A stretch of DNA of 64,000 nucleotides from Candidatus Latescibacterota bacterium (GTDB lineage: Bacteria > Latescibacterota > UBA2968 > UBA8231): positions 4,544,001 to 4,608,000 of the forward strand of contig OY730476.1 of assembly GCA_963422735.1 (NCBI GenBank), given 5' to 3'. The notes beneath the pieces were generated by a model, which saw only the letters and a list, made by a program, of their open reading frames with translations, searched no databases and had not been told where the DNA came from. The position numbers were made by a program, and so were the translations under genes. Positions 29,334 through 38,573 of this stretch are shown piece by piece. Within the stretch, counting starts at the first letter, position 1. Each line of letters starts with the position of its first letter.

Positions 29334-30182
29334 GTGAGCACCGAACTTTGGGGACTGGTATTGACGGCGGCAGTCGGGCACGCCTTGTGGAACTTCGCCG
29401 CCCGCAAAGCCGCTGGCGATGCGGCCGTAATTTGGCTCTCCTTAGCTATTGGTACGCTAGTCGCTGTCCTGCTTTGCGCGTACACTTGGTGGCAGGGCGC
29501 ACCGCCGACCCTGTCGTGGCTAGGCGGCCTTTGCCTCGTGGCTACGGGCATTATTCACGGGCTGTACTTCACCCTGCTGGCCAAGGCTTACGAGCACGGC
29601 GAAATCTCCCTCGTCTATCCGGTCGCACGCGGATCGGGCGTGGGGATAACAGCCCTAGCCGCGTGGCTGGCCTTGGGCGAAGACATTTCGCTGTTGGGTG
29701 CCAGCGGCATTGCCTTGGTCTTGGTGGGGATTTTCTGCTTGGGTGCTCCAGCCTTCAAGCACCAGACGCGCGGCTTGCAGCTCGCCTTGGGTGTGGGGCT
29801 GACGATTGTCTGTTACTCGCTGGTGGATAAAATAGGCGTTGGCTACGTGCAACCGCTCTACTACATCGCTGGCATGTGGCTGATCGGCACCCTCGTGCGC
29901 GCACCTTGGGTCATGCGCCGGTACGGGGTGGGGCTGCTGACGACGGCCCGCGTCCATTGGCATACTATCGCCCTGATCGGCGTCGGCTCGCTGGGCACGT
30001 ATCTCCTGATTCTCTACGCCTATACCCAAGGCCCAGTCGGCTACATCGTGGCCGTGCGCGAGTCCTCGGTAGTACTCGGGGCGCTCCTTGGTTGGTCCTT
30101 TCTGAGAGAACGGCTCACCCTGCTCAAGGCGACCGGCATCCTCGCCATCGTCGGGGGTTTGGTGCTTATTAAGGCCAGTTGA
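29334..30182 (+). CDS. EamA/DMT transporter
   Basis: About 10 TM segments, HALWNF, GEISLVYPVARG, YSLVDK and AVRESSV. Confidence 0.9.
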   Translation: MSTELWGLVLTAAVGHALWNFAARKAAGDAAVIWLSLAIGTLVAVLLCAYTWWQGAPPTLSWLGGLCLVATGIIHGLYFTLLAKAYEHGEISLVYPVARGSGVGITALAAWLALGEDISLLGASGIALVLVGIFCLGAPAFKHQTRGLQLALGVGLTIVCYSLVDKIGVGYVQPLYYIAGMWLIGTLVRAPWVMRRYGVGLLTTARVHWHTIALIGVGSLGTYLLILYAYTQGPVGYIVAVRESSVVLGALLGWSFLRERLTLLKATGILAIVGGLVLIKAS

Positions 30183-30183
30183 C

Positions 30184-30771
30184 ATGGACCCGCGCATCTT
30201 TCCCATCCGCCCACCGTCCGCCGCCCTGTACGGCAAAGTGCTGGCCGCGTCTTTTGCCGCGATCACCGCCTTTTTCGCCGTGCTGACCCTCGCGCTCTAC
30301 GCGGCCCTTGACCCGGACGGCCCGGTCGCCCGCCTCGCCGCGCCCGTGGCCTTGGGCACGTCTTACGCGCTGCTGCTGATTATATTTTTTTCGGTCTTTA
30401 CTTGGTTTTATTTTATCGCTCGCCGCACGGATTTCGTCTTGCTAGAGGGGCACCTTCTCATCCGCAACAGCGCTCACGGCAAGCACTTCGTCTATGACGA
30501 GCTAAAGGTGGAGGAGGCCCGCGTCGTCGATTTGCCGGTCGCGCCCCAATATCGGCCCGGAGCCAAAATTTTCGCCATCAGCGCGTTCTTTTTTTACGGA
30601 GGGGCGTTTCATCTGCGCAGCGGGGAGAAGGCGCACGTTTTCTACACGGGTGCGCCGCGCGCCGTGTATATTCCAACGCACGGTCCATATACCCTCTTGC
30701 TCGGCCCGGCCGATCCAGCCGTCTTTTTGCACGCCTTGCAAGAGGCGGCGCATCACCGATCGCTTGTCTAA
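30184..30771 (+). CDS. Membrane protein with probable bacterial PH domain
   Basis: Two TM helices followed by GAFHLRSGEKA..VYIPT..YTLLL..DP. Confidence 0.65.
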   Translation: MDPRIFPIRPPSAALYGKVLAASFAAITAFFAVLTLALYAALDPDGPVARLAAPVALGTSYALLLIIFFSVFTWFYFIARRTDFVLLEGHLLIRNSAHGKHFVYDELKVEEARVVDLPVAPQYRPGAKIFAISAFFFYGGAFHLRSGEKAHVFYTGAPRAVYIPTHGPYTLLLGPADPAVFLHALQEAAHHRSLV

Positions 30772-30802
30772 GAAGCGTTCTTAAAATTCGCGTCGGATGG
30801 CT

Positions 30803-30862
30803 GGTAGCAGTGGCCAGTCCCCGCACCGCGCTTATGGGCACTAACCACTAATCACTAACACC
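30803..30862. repeat. Heptamer element (CACTAAC)n
   Basis: AGTGGCCAGTCCC followed by CACTAAC-CACTAAT-CACTAAC (30839-30859), just before a GGAGGAG RBS. Confidence 0.7.
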
Positions 30863-30879
30863 TTTTGGAGGAGATTTCC

Positions 30880-31893
30880 ATGGCCTATCACGTATATGTT
30901 TCCAACTCGGGCAGCAACTTTTTGTCGCATTTTCTGATGGACGGAGACACTGGCGCGTTAGAGCCGCAGCCCAATATCGAGCTGGAGGACTCCCCCGGGG
31001 CGGTGACCATGCGCCCAGATGGGACACAGATGTTCTTGGCGCTGCGCTCGGCCAAAAAACTGGCCAGCTATGCGGTCGATCGGGAGAAGGGGACGCTGGT
31101 CAAGCTCGCGGAGACGAGCCTAGAAGAAGGCCCGCCCTATCTGTTTTTGGACAATACTGGCGCCTTTTTGTTGTCGTCGTACTATGGGTCGGGCCAGGTC
31201 GGCGTTCACCGCGTGGCCGCGGACGGCGCGCTCTCGGCCGAGCCGCTGCAAATGCTCTCCACCGCAGTACGCGCCCACAGCATCCAAACCGACCGTGCGA
31301 ACCGCTTTGCCTTTGTGCCGCACACCAATCCGACCAACGCCATCTTTCAGTTTCGCTTTGACGAGCAAACCGGGCGGCTGACGCCCAATGACCCGCCCAC
31401 GGTGCAACCGGCCACCCCCGAAGGCCCGCGCCACTTTGCCTTCCACCCGACCCGAGACCTCCTCTATTCGATCAATGAAAACGGCAGCACAGTGTCGGCC
31501 CACCACTTCGACCCGGAAGCCGGGACCCTGTCGTCGTTTCAGGTCATCTCGACCTTGCCAGAGGGGTTTGATCGCGAGGCCAACACGACAGCTGAAATAA
31601 AAATCGCGCCCGACGGACAGTTCCTCTACGGGTCCAACCGCGGCCACGATTCCTTGGCCCTCTTTGCTATTGGCGACGATGGGGGACTGACGGCCAAAGG
31701 ACATTGGGCCACCGAGGCGACGCCCCGCTTTTTCGAGCTGGATCCGAGCGGCCACTTCGCCTATGCGGCCGGACAGGGATCGGGGCGGCTGGCCTCGTAC
31801 CGCATCGACGAGGCTACTGGTGAGCTGACTCCCTTAGAGCAACACGCGGTCGGCAACAGCCCGCTGTGGATTACCTTCGTCAAACAGGCCTAG
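30880..31893 (+). CDS. Lactonase family 7-bladed beta-propeller (6-phosphogluconolactonase-like)
   Basis: AHSI, GPRHFAFHP, TAEIKIAPDGQFLYGSNRGHDS and TPRFF motifs. Confidence 0.9.
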   Translation: MAYHVYVSNSGSNFLSHFLMDGDTGALEPQPNIELEDSPGAVTMRPDGTQMFLALRSAKKLASYAVDREKGTLVKLAETSLEEGPPYLFLDNTGAFLLSSYYGSGQVGVHRVAADGALSAEPLQMLSTAVRAHSIQTDRANRFAFVPHTNPTNAIFQFRFDEQTGRLTPNDPPTVQPATPEGPRHFAFHPTRDLLYSINENGSTVSAHHFDPEAGTLSSFQVISTLPEGFDREANTTAEIKIAPDGQFLYGSNRGHDSLALFAIGDDGGLTAKGHWATEATPRFFELDPSGHFAYAAGQGSGRLASYRIDEATGELTPLEQHAVGNSPLWITFVKQA

Positions 31894-32182
31894 TAGGGGC
31901 GGGGTTTTCGCGCGTCTTTCCGGGCCTGCCGAGTGAAGTACACGTTCCCACTTCACCCATCGAGTTCGCTTTCGCAGTCTTTAGGGCCCGACTCCATTCC
32001 TTTTACCAAATGGTCTGTAAATCAGCACGACTCGGCCCTCGAAGTCGCTCAGAGTTGCTTGGCCGCTGTCGAGTCGGTCTAAGAGGAAATCCGGGGCTTT
32101 CGGTGCTTGAGCGTCTAGGACTGAAGCCCCCAACACCCTAAACTCGCCCAATGCAACAAAGGTTTGTTCATAACCAACCTCC

Positions 32183-33043
32183 TTAATGTTGCCGCACGAA
32201 CTTCTGAATGCGGTGGTCGGTTTGCACTTCCCCCACGTAGAGGTCGCCGCGAGAGTTCATCCAGATGCCGTGGGGACAGCCGAGGAATTCCCCGGGCTGG
32301 TCCATGCGCTCTCCCGACCCCCACTGAGCGAGCCATTCGCCGTCGAGGTTGAGAATGCTCACTCGCTGGTCGAGTTCTGCGACATAGACTGTATCCCCGT
32401 CGAGGAAGATCGTATCGGGATGGAGAAAGCCGCCCCACTCCTCTAGGTAATTGCCGTCGAGATCGAAGAACTGGATGCGGTTATTCGAGCGGTCGGCCAC
32501 CATCAGCCGCCCGCGCTGGTCCACGCGCACGCAATGGGGCAGATCGAACTCCCCCGGGCCAGTGCCCGGACGGCCCCACGTCTTGATGAATTCGCCGTCG
32601 GGTGAGTACTTGTGGATGCAGGCGTTGCCGTAGCCGTCGGACACGTAGATACAGCCATCGGCGTCGAGCGCTAAGTCGGTAGGTAGCCGGAAGGGCTGCC
32701 CCTCCGCGCCTTCTTGGTCTGGAGTCCCCAAGGTCATCAGCAGCTTACCGTCGCGGGTGAACTGGCGTACGCAGTGGGTTTCGCGTTCGACGCACCAGAT
32801 TTGGTCGCGCTCGTCGATAAATATCCCGTGCGCGTCCTTGAGCGCTTCGTTGCCCCACGAGGCGACGAAGCGCCCATCGCGGTCGAAGACGACCATGGGA
32901 TGCTCGCTGCGGCTGTACACATAGACCCGATCTTCAGAATCGCAGGCCACGGCTGGAACCCAGCCAAAACGCCAACCCTCCGGCAACTCGAACCAATCCT
33001 GCTGCACTGTATAGGTGAATGCTCCGCTGCCTACTAAGGTCAT
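32183..33043 (-). CDS. NHL-repeat, peptidyl-alpha-hydroxyglycine alpha-amidating lyase-like protein
   Basis: PTDLA..IYVSDGYGN, GEFDLPH, VADRSNNRIQ and PHGI motifs. Confidence 0.88.
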   Translation of the reverse strand: MTLVGSGAFTYTVQQDWFELPEGWRFGWVPAVACDSEDRVYVYSRSEHPMVVFDRDGRFVASWGNEALKDAHGIFIDERDQIWCVERETHCVRQFTRDGKLLMTLGTPDQEGAEGQPFRLPTDLALDADGCIYVSDGYGNACIHKYSPDGEFIKTWGRPGTGPGEFDLPHCVRVDQRGRLMVADRSNNRIQFFDLDGNYLEEWGGFLHPDTIFLDGDTVYVAELDQRVSILNLDGEWLAQWGSGERMDQPGEFLGCPHGIWMNSRGDLYVGEVQTDHRIQKFVRQH

Positions 33044-33069
33044 GGGACTCTCCTCTTTACAATTTAGGT

Positions 33070-33098
33070 GTAAGGGCAACCACGAGGGTTGCCCTTAC
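33070..33098. repeat. REP-like perfect 12-bp hairpin
   Basis: GTAAGGGCAACC-acgag-GGTTGCCCTTAC, overlapping the AKR stop codon. Confidence 0.75.
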
Positions 33099-34021
33099 GG
33101 AATACGCCGCAATTTCTCCATTTCGTCGGCGGGCAAAAGCTGTGCGCCGGCCGCGGCGTTGGCGCGGGCTTGGGCCGCCGATTTGGCACCGGGGATGGCC
33201 ACTGGCGCGGCTGGATGGGAAATGACGTACTGGAGTGCTTTTTCCACCATGGACTCTCCGGGCGCGGCGACTTCGGCGAGGTGCTCGACTTGCGCTAGCT
33301 TGGCCTCGAATGCGGCGCGTTGCGGCTTGCCGGCGTTGAAGGACTGCCGCACTTCGTCGGTAAAAACCGACTCCTTCGTGTAGTGCCCAGACAAAAGCCC
33401 CTTGGCCAGCGGCCCCCTCACCAGCACGGCAATGCCCTGCTCTTGGCAATAGGGCAAAAGATCGGCTTCGGCTTGGCGGTTGACCAGCGAATAGTCCACC
33501 TCCACCACCGAGCAGTCGCCCCGGGCGTTGAAGCGCTGGAGCACTTCTAGGCTATCGGTCGAAATGCCAAAGGCCCGCAGCCGCCCTTCCTCCACGAGCG
33601 CGGCAAAAGCATCCAAGTAGATCGATGGGTCGGCGATATTGCCTTCGTGGCACAGCAGCACGTCGTGCCAGTCGGTGCGCAGCCGGTGCAGGGAGGCGTG
33701 GGCGCACAGTCGGATCATATCGACCGTGGTTTTGGGTACGCCCTGCCCGGTGCGCGCACCCCAATTGCCGATTTTGCTGACTACAAAAACTTGGTGCCGG
33801 ATACTGGCCAAGGCGCGCCCCAACCGCTCCTCCGACAGCCCGTTGGGCGTGCCGTAGGACTCGGCCGCGTCGAAGAGATTGACGCCGCAGTCAAAAGCCG
33901 TGCGCACAGTATCCCAAGCCGTGGCCTCGTCGATAGGCCCCCACTGGTTGCCGATGTTCCAAGTTCCCAAACCGATGGCCGATACCTGCCAGCCCGTCCG
34001 GCCAAATGCTCTGTACAACAT
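33095..34021 (-). CDS. Aldo/keto reductase
   Basis: FGRTGWQVSAIGLGTW, FDAAESYG, PLAKGLLSG and AIPGAKS motifs. Confidence 0.92.
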   Translation of the reverse strand: MLYRAFGRTGWQVSAIGLGTWNIGNQWGPIDEATAWDTVRTAFDCGVNLFDAAESYGTPNGLSEERLGRALASIRHQVFVVSKIGNWGARTGQGVPKTTVDMIRLCAHASLHRLRTDWHDVLLCHEGNIADPSIYLDAFAALVEEGRLRAFGISTDSLEVLQRFNARGDCSVVEVDYSLVNRQAEADLLPYCQEQGIAVLVRGPLAKGLLSGHYTKESVFTDEVRQSFNAGKPQRAAFEAKLAQVEHLAEVAAPGESMVEKALQYVISHPAAPVAIPGAKSAAQARANAAAGAQLLPADEMEKLRRIP

Positions 34022-34045
34022 TATGTGGTCTCCTTTCCGCGATTC

Positions 34046-34073
34046 AAGGTAAACGACCGCCTGCGTCGGTCAA
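34046..34073 (-). promoter_or_regulatory. Putative sigma-70 promoter of the AKR gene
   Basis: Minus strand TTGACC-N16-TACCTT upstream of an AAGGAG RBS. Confidence 0.4.
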
Positions 34074-34149
34074 GCGGTGCGCGTTGCCGGGGGCCGCCGA
34101 GGTTCCTACTTTTCAGAGGTTAGCCCTCCCACCACTGACCGGGGGGCGA

Positions 34150-34186
34150 GTTGGGGCTGGCCACTAACCACTAACCACTAACCACT
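34150..34186. repeat. Heptamer tandem repeat (CCACTAA)x3.7
   Basis: GTTGGGGCTGG-CCACTAACCACTAACCACTAACCACT immediately before TTGGAGGAGG. Confidence 0.85.
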
Positions 34187-34198
34187 TTGGAGGAGGCT

Positions 34199-34399
34199 AT
34201 GGAATACTTTGGCAAAGGGTTGTACCTAATTTTCTTCGCGCTAGTCTTCTGGTTCGTCCATCAGGCTCAAGGCCGCGGCCTCAACCGCCTCGTCGAGGAC
34301 AACCACCGGGCACACAAGAGGGTTCACCGAACCCTAAAGAAGCACCCGGAGGGCGGCACTTGGCGCCAATACAAGCAGTGGATGGAGGACGCAGTATGA
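34199..34399 (+). CDS. Small hypothetical single-TM protein
   Basis: Strong GGAGG RBS, one TM helix, ATGA overlap with msrA. Confidence 0.65.
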   Translation: MEYFGKGLYLIFFALVFWFVHQAQGRGLNRLVEDNHRAHKRVHRTLKKHPEGGTWRQYKQWMEDAV

Positions 34400-34938
34400 G
34401 TTTGGAAACTACCAACTTGGGCGCAGGTTGCTTCTGGTGCGTCGAAGCCGTGTACCAAGATCTGCGGGGGGTCGCCAGTGCGGTCTCCGGCTATATGGGC
34501 GGCGCGTTGGAAAAACCCACGTACCAAGCCGTTTGCAGCGGCCAGACCGGCCACGCCGAGGTCGTACAAGTACAATTCGACCCCGCGGTCATTAGCTTTG
34601 CCGATTTGCTCTACATCTTCTGGCGTACGCACGACCCCACCACGCTCAACCGCCAGGGCGCGGACTGCGGCACCCAGTACCGCTCGGTGATTTTCTACCA
34701 CAGCCCGGAGCAGCAAGCGATGGCTGTCGCCTCCAAAGCTGCTGCGGACGCAAGCGACCTTTGGGCCGATCCGATTGTTACTGAGATCGCGCCCGCCCGC
34801 GCCTTTTGGCCGGCCGAGTCGTACCACCAAAACTACTACCGGCTCAATTCCAACCAGCCCTACTGCTCGATAGTCATCAATCCCAAGATGCAGGCGTTTC
34901 GCCAGAAGTTTGCCGACCGCCTCCAGCCGACTGCCTAG
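34396..34938 (+). CDS. msrA: Peptide-methionine (S)-S-oxide reductase
   Basis: GAGCFWCVE, TGHAEVV, HDPTTLNRQG..GTQYRS and AESYHQNYY motifs. Confidence 0.97.
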   Translation: MSLETTNLGAGCFWCVEAVYQDLRGVASAVSGYMGGALEKPTYQAVCSGQTGHAEVVQVQFDPAVISFADLLYIFWRTHDPTTLNRQGADCGTQYRSVIFYHSPEQQAMAVASKAAADASDLWADPIVTEIAPARAFWPAESYHQNYYRLNSNQPYCSIVINPKMQAFRQKFADRLQPTA

Positions 34939-34943
34939 GCGTC

Positions 34944-36095
34944 GTGTCCACCGCCATCAGTCGGCTGCACGCCGCGGATTTTGAAGAGGCCCTCGATGTC
35001 CTCAACCTCGCCTTTGGCAAAGCGCCACCCCGGGATTTTGAGGCCATTTTGCCGGCCCTGTACCAGTGCGGGGAAGAGGAGATGAACTGGAATTTTGCCT
35101 TGCGCGAAAGCGGTCGCATCCGAGCCGTCGTCGGGCTGTTTCCCCTTGCCTATCGCTGGGGAGGTGAGACCCTGCGCGTGGCCGGCATCGGCGGCGTCTC
35201 CTGCCATCCGCACGCCCGCGGCCGCGGCCACATGCAAAAGCTCATGGCCCATTGCGTCCAAGTCGCGCCCGCAGAGGGTTTTCACCTGTCTTGGCTGGGG
35301 GGGCAGCGCCAGCGCTACGGCTATTTCGGCTACGAGAAGTGCGGCGTTTACTACCGGCTTACAGTGAGCCAAACCAATGTGCGCCACGCCTTGGGAGCAG
35401 CCGATTTTGGGATTGACTTTCGCCCGCTCGTGCGCGAGGACCGCACGCACCTGCAAGGCGTGATCGGCCTGCACGACGCCCAGCCGTTTCGCGGGGTGCG
35501 CGCTCCGCACCGCTTCTACGATCTGCTCCTGAGTTGGGGGCACCAGCCCTACGTGGCCCGCTCGCGCGATGGCCGCATGATCGGCTACCTCGTGGCCCAA
35601 GCCGACCGGATGTGCATCACCGAACTGTTAGCCGTCAATGAGGGCGAGCCTGAGCTGGACATAGCCGCTGCTTGGGTGCAGCGCCACGGGAATACCTGCT
35701 TCGAGTTGCCGCCTTGGAGCCGCCTCCTGCCCAAGCTGGCCCGGCTCTGCGAAGGCGCCAGCGCGTCGAGTTCAGGCAATTGGCAGATTTTCGATTGGGC
35801 GACGACGCTCGACGCCTTGCTCAAGACGCGCTCCGCGCTGGTGCCCCTAATGGACGGCGCGGTCGTCGTGGAAATCGCGGGCTACGGCCGGGTCGCGCTG
35901 GAGGTGCGAGACAATGCCGCGCAGTGCGTCCGCACTGAGGCTGCAGCCGCGCTGCAAATGGACACTTTCGCGGCCATGCGCCTGCTCTGCGGCCCCCTGC
36001 CGCCCTCGCTCGTGTTGCCCCTGCCTCCTGCGGCCGCCCCACTTGAACAGTGGTGCCCCCTGCCGCTTTTTTGGGGTCGCCAAGACGCGGTCTAA
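34944..36095 (+). CDS. GNAT family N-acetyltransferase (Eis-like)
   Basis: VAGIGGVSCHPHARGRGHM and QRYGYFGYE; SCP2-like C-terminus. Confidence 0.85.
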   Translation: MSTAISRLHAADFEEALDVLNLAFGKAPPRDFEAILPALYQCGEEEMNWNFALRESGRIRAVVGLFPLAYRWGGETLRVAGIGGVSCHPHARGRGHMQKLMAHCVQVAPAEGFHLSWLGGQRQRYGYFGYEKCGVYYRLTVSQTNVRHALGAADFGIDFRPLVREDRTHLQGVIGLHDAQPFRGVRAPHRFYDLLLSWGHQPYVARSRDGRMIGYLVAQADRMCITELLAVNEGEPELDIAAAWVQRHGNTCFELPPWSRLLPKLARLCEGASASSSGNWQIFDWATTLDALLKTRSALVPLMDGAVVVEIAGYGRVALEVRDNAAQCVRTEAAAALQMDTFAAMRLLCGPLPPSLVLPLPPAAAPLEQWCPLPLFWGRQDAV

Positions 36096-36097
36096 GA

Positions 36098-36161
36098 TAG
36101 TAGTTAGTGGTTAGTGGCCAGTCCCAACCCGTGGCGGTGAGGAAACCAAATACTAACCACT
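36098..36161. repeat. Heptamer-armed hairpin (TTAGTGG)n ... (ACTAACC)
   Basis: TAGTAGTTAGTGGTTAGTGGCCAGTCCCAAC...TACTAACCACT between convergent genes. Confidence 0.75.
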
Positions 36162-36162
36162 G

Positions 36163-37089
36163 CTAAGGCGTCAATACCCGCTCGGTGAATAGCTCGAGAA
36201 AGTGCGTCTGCTCAATGTCCACTGCACAGGCTACGGGCCGCCCCAGCCGCTTTTGGTCGCTCGCCAAGGCGCGCTGATCAACTACCAACTGCCCGGCGGT
36301 CAGTTCGCCGGTGGTCTCCACGTCCACCCACAGTTGCTGTGTGCAAAAGAGTTGCGGCCACAGGGCCACCCCCAAGGCCACTGGGTCGTGCAAGTGCATT
36401 CCGGCAAACCCGTAGTGCGCGAACTCAAAGGCTATCACCGGCTCACACGCTGCTTGGCAAAACGCAGCGCGCGTCCCTTCGCAAGCTTGCAAGGTGGCCT
36501 GCTCTAGCCAGACCTGTTCGGTGACGTCCAGCCCCACCAACACCAGATCGGCCGCGGCCGCGAGGACTTGGTGCGCCGCGTGCGGATCGGCGTAGAAATT
36601 GAACTCAGCCGTTGGCGTGACATTGCCCGGCACTCGCCCGGCCCCGCCCATGATCACCACTTGACGCGCCCGCCGCAGCACGCCCGGCACCCGTTCCTCG
36701 GCTCGCGCCAAGTTAGTCAACGGCCCGGTGGAAACGAGGGTCACCTCTCCGGGGCGCACCTGCAAGGTGCTTAGCAGAAATTCCACCCCGTCACCCGCCG
36801 GCGATCTACGCGCCTTGGGTAGCTGGGCCGCGCCCAGTCCCGTCGCGCCGTGTACGTTCGCTGCGGCGACCGCGTCCCGCACCAAGGGCTGTTCGGCACC
36901 GGCGTACACTGGAACGTCGGCCCGCCCCGCCCACTGCAATAGGCGCAGTGTGTTGTCGGTCGTCCGCTGCAGCGACACATTGCCGGCCACCGTAGAGACA
37001 CCCACCAACTCAACCTCGGGCGAGGACAAGGCCAAAAGCAGGGCGAGGGCGTCGTCAACGCCCGTATCGACGTCCATAATCAGAGGCAT
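36163..37089 (-). CDS. Nucleoside hydrolase (IUNH family)
   Basis: DVDTGVDDA, VAGN, TGPLTNLA, AEFNFYADP and LHDP motifs. Confidence 0.93.
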   Translation of the reverse strand: MPLIMDVDTGVDDALALLLALSSPEVELVGVSTVAGNVSLQRTTDNTLRLLQWAGRADVPVYAGAEQPLVRDAVAAANVHGATGLGAAQLPKARRSPAGDGVEFLLSTLQVRPGEVTLVSTGPLTNLARAEERVPGVLRRARQVVIMGGAGRVPGNVTPTAEFNFYADPHAAHQVLAAAADLVLVGLDVTEQVWLEQATLQACEGTRAAFCQAACEPVIAFEFAHYGFAGMHLHDPVALGVALWPQLFCTQQLWVDVETTGELTAGQLVVDQRALASDQKRLGRPVACAVDIEQTHFLELFTERVLTP

Positions 37090-37113
37090 TGCAGGCAATG
37101 TCGCTCGTCTCGC

Positions 37114-37527
37114 TTATCTTGCGACTTGGGCACTGATGATCAAGTGCTCGACCCAATCGTCCCCAGTGTTGCAAAGCTGGTGCTTGACCTTCGGCGGAAT
37201 GTGTACCGCGTCGCCCTCGCGCACCTCGTACATCTCCCCGTCGATCTTCATCCGTCCTTGGCCACTGAGGAAGTAGTACACTTGCTCGGTGGCCTCGTGC
37301 TCGTGGTAATCACCTTCTAGCCCCCCTTGCAGGCGATGCAGCGTCAGTCCGGAAAATCCCCGGAGTACGGCCTCGTTCTCGTCCAGTCCTTCGGTGCTCT
37401 GGGCGCGGAAGATCGACCAGATCAGTTTGGATTGATGCCCGACGACGGGCGTGACGTTGCGCCAATTGCGAATGACCAAAATGTCCTCCTTTGATTCGTG
37501 CCAGTGAAGTTCGTCGATCCCCGCCAA
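37114..37527 (-). CDS. Cupin domain protein
   Basis: YHEH..EQVYYFLSGQG..GDAVHIPPKVKH. Confidence 0.85.
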   Translation of the reverse strand: MAGIDELHWHESKEDILVIRNWRNVTPVVGHQSKLIWSIFRAQSTEGLDENEAVLRGFSGLTLHRLQGGLEGDYHEHEATEQVYYFLSGQGRMKIDGEMYEVREGDAVHIPPKVKHQLCNTGDDWVEHLIISAQVAR

Positions 37528-37649
37528 CGCGGGGACCGGCTTAACATACTAAACGGCAAGCCGCGGACAAAAAGCGCCCTGTTGCCGACGCGCCGTTTAC
37601 TTAGATTTGTCCCCAAATACCCGTCCCCCCAACCGAGGGAGTAGCTATT

Positions 37650-38543
37650 ATGACTACCGCCTCCATCGACATAGCACCCCTGCCACAAGCCACCTTCGGC
37701 AAGACCGACGAACCCGTCCCCTTGCTCGGCTTGGGCACGGCCCCCGGCGGCATGGGCCTAGCAGACGCGGACGCCATTGCGCTTTTTGAGCGGGCCATTG
37801 ACCTCGGCGTTACCTACATCGACACAGCCCCCGGCTACGAGCGCGCCCAAAGCCAACTCGCCCAGATCGTCCCCCATTGCCGACGCGAGCTGTTTTTGGT
37901 CAGCAAGGCCCACACAGCCCACTACCAAGAAGCGCTCGATATCGTCGAAAAGAACTTGGACGCCTTGGGCACCGACCATCTGGACCTGATGTACGTTCAC
38001 TCGCTGGGCCACTTAGACTTAGAACAAGTGCTGGCTAAAGACGGTGCCCTCGCCGGCTTGCGCGAAGCGCAGCAGCGCGGTTGGACCCGCTATATCGGCA
38101 TCACTGCTCACCACGCGCCTTGGAAGTCCGCCAAGGTTCTGCGCGAGGTCGAAATTGATGCCTGCATGTTCGCCCTCAACTTCGTCGACTGCCACATCTA
38201 CAACTTCGAGGAGGCGGTCCTACCCTTGGCCCGCGCCCAGAACGCTGGCGTCGCCGCGATGAAGGTGTACGGCGGGGCTATCGACATGGAGTACGACAAG
38301 CCCCGGCCCTCGGAGATGGCCCACAGCGGCTTTGACGATCACGAGAGGGCACTGCGCTACGCCTTGGGATTGCCGGGGGTAAGTCTGGCGGTCATTGGAG
38401 TATATAACGAAGAGGAGTTGCTACAGAACATCAAATGGGTGCGGCGCTATGCGCCGTTAGATGCTGGCCAACAGCAGGCACTTCTAGCGCAGGGGCGGGA
38501 TATAGCCCGCCAATGGGGGCCGCACTACGGGCCGGTGGAGTGA
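37650..38543 (+). CDS. Aldo/keto reductase
   Basis: LLGLGT, YIDTAPGY, LVSK, DLMYVHS, IGITAH and AMKVYGG motifs. Confidence 0.9.
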   Translation: MTTASIDIAPLPQATFGKTDEPVPLLGLGTAPGGMGLADADAIALFERAIDLGVTYIDTAPGYERAQSQLAQIVPHCRRELFLVSKAHTAHYQEALDIVEKNLDALGTDHLDLMYVHSLGHLDLEQVLAKDGALAGLREAQQRGWTRYIGITAHHAPWKSAKVLREVEIDACMFALNFVDCHIYNFEEAVLPLARAQNAGVAAMKVYGGAIDMEYDKPRPSEMAHSGFDDHERALRYALGLPGVSLAVIGVYNEEELLQNIKWVRRYAPLDAGQQQALLAQGRDIARQWGPHYGPVE

Positions 38544-38573
38544 GCCTTAATACAAAACATCAATGGGGAATTT

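Noticed and set aside
31894-32182. 290-bp gap between convergent genes as a possible ncRNA
   Set aside because: No recognisable RNA family. It holds a half REP, a weak hairpin and a minus-strand scrap (LSDFEGRVVLI) resembling a redoxin remnant.
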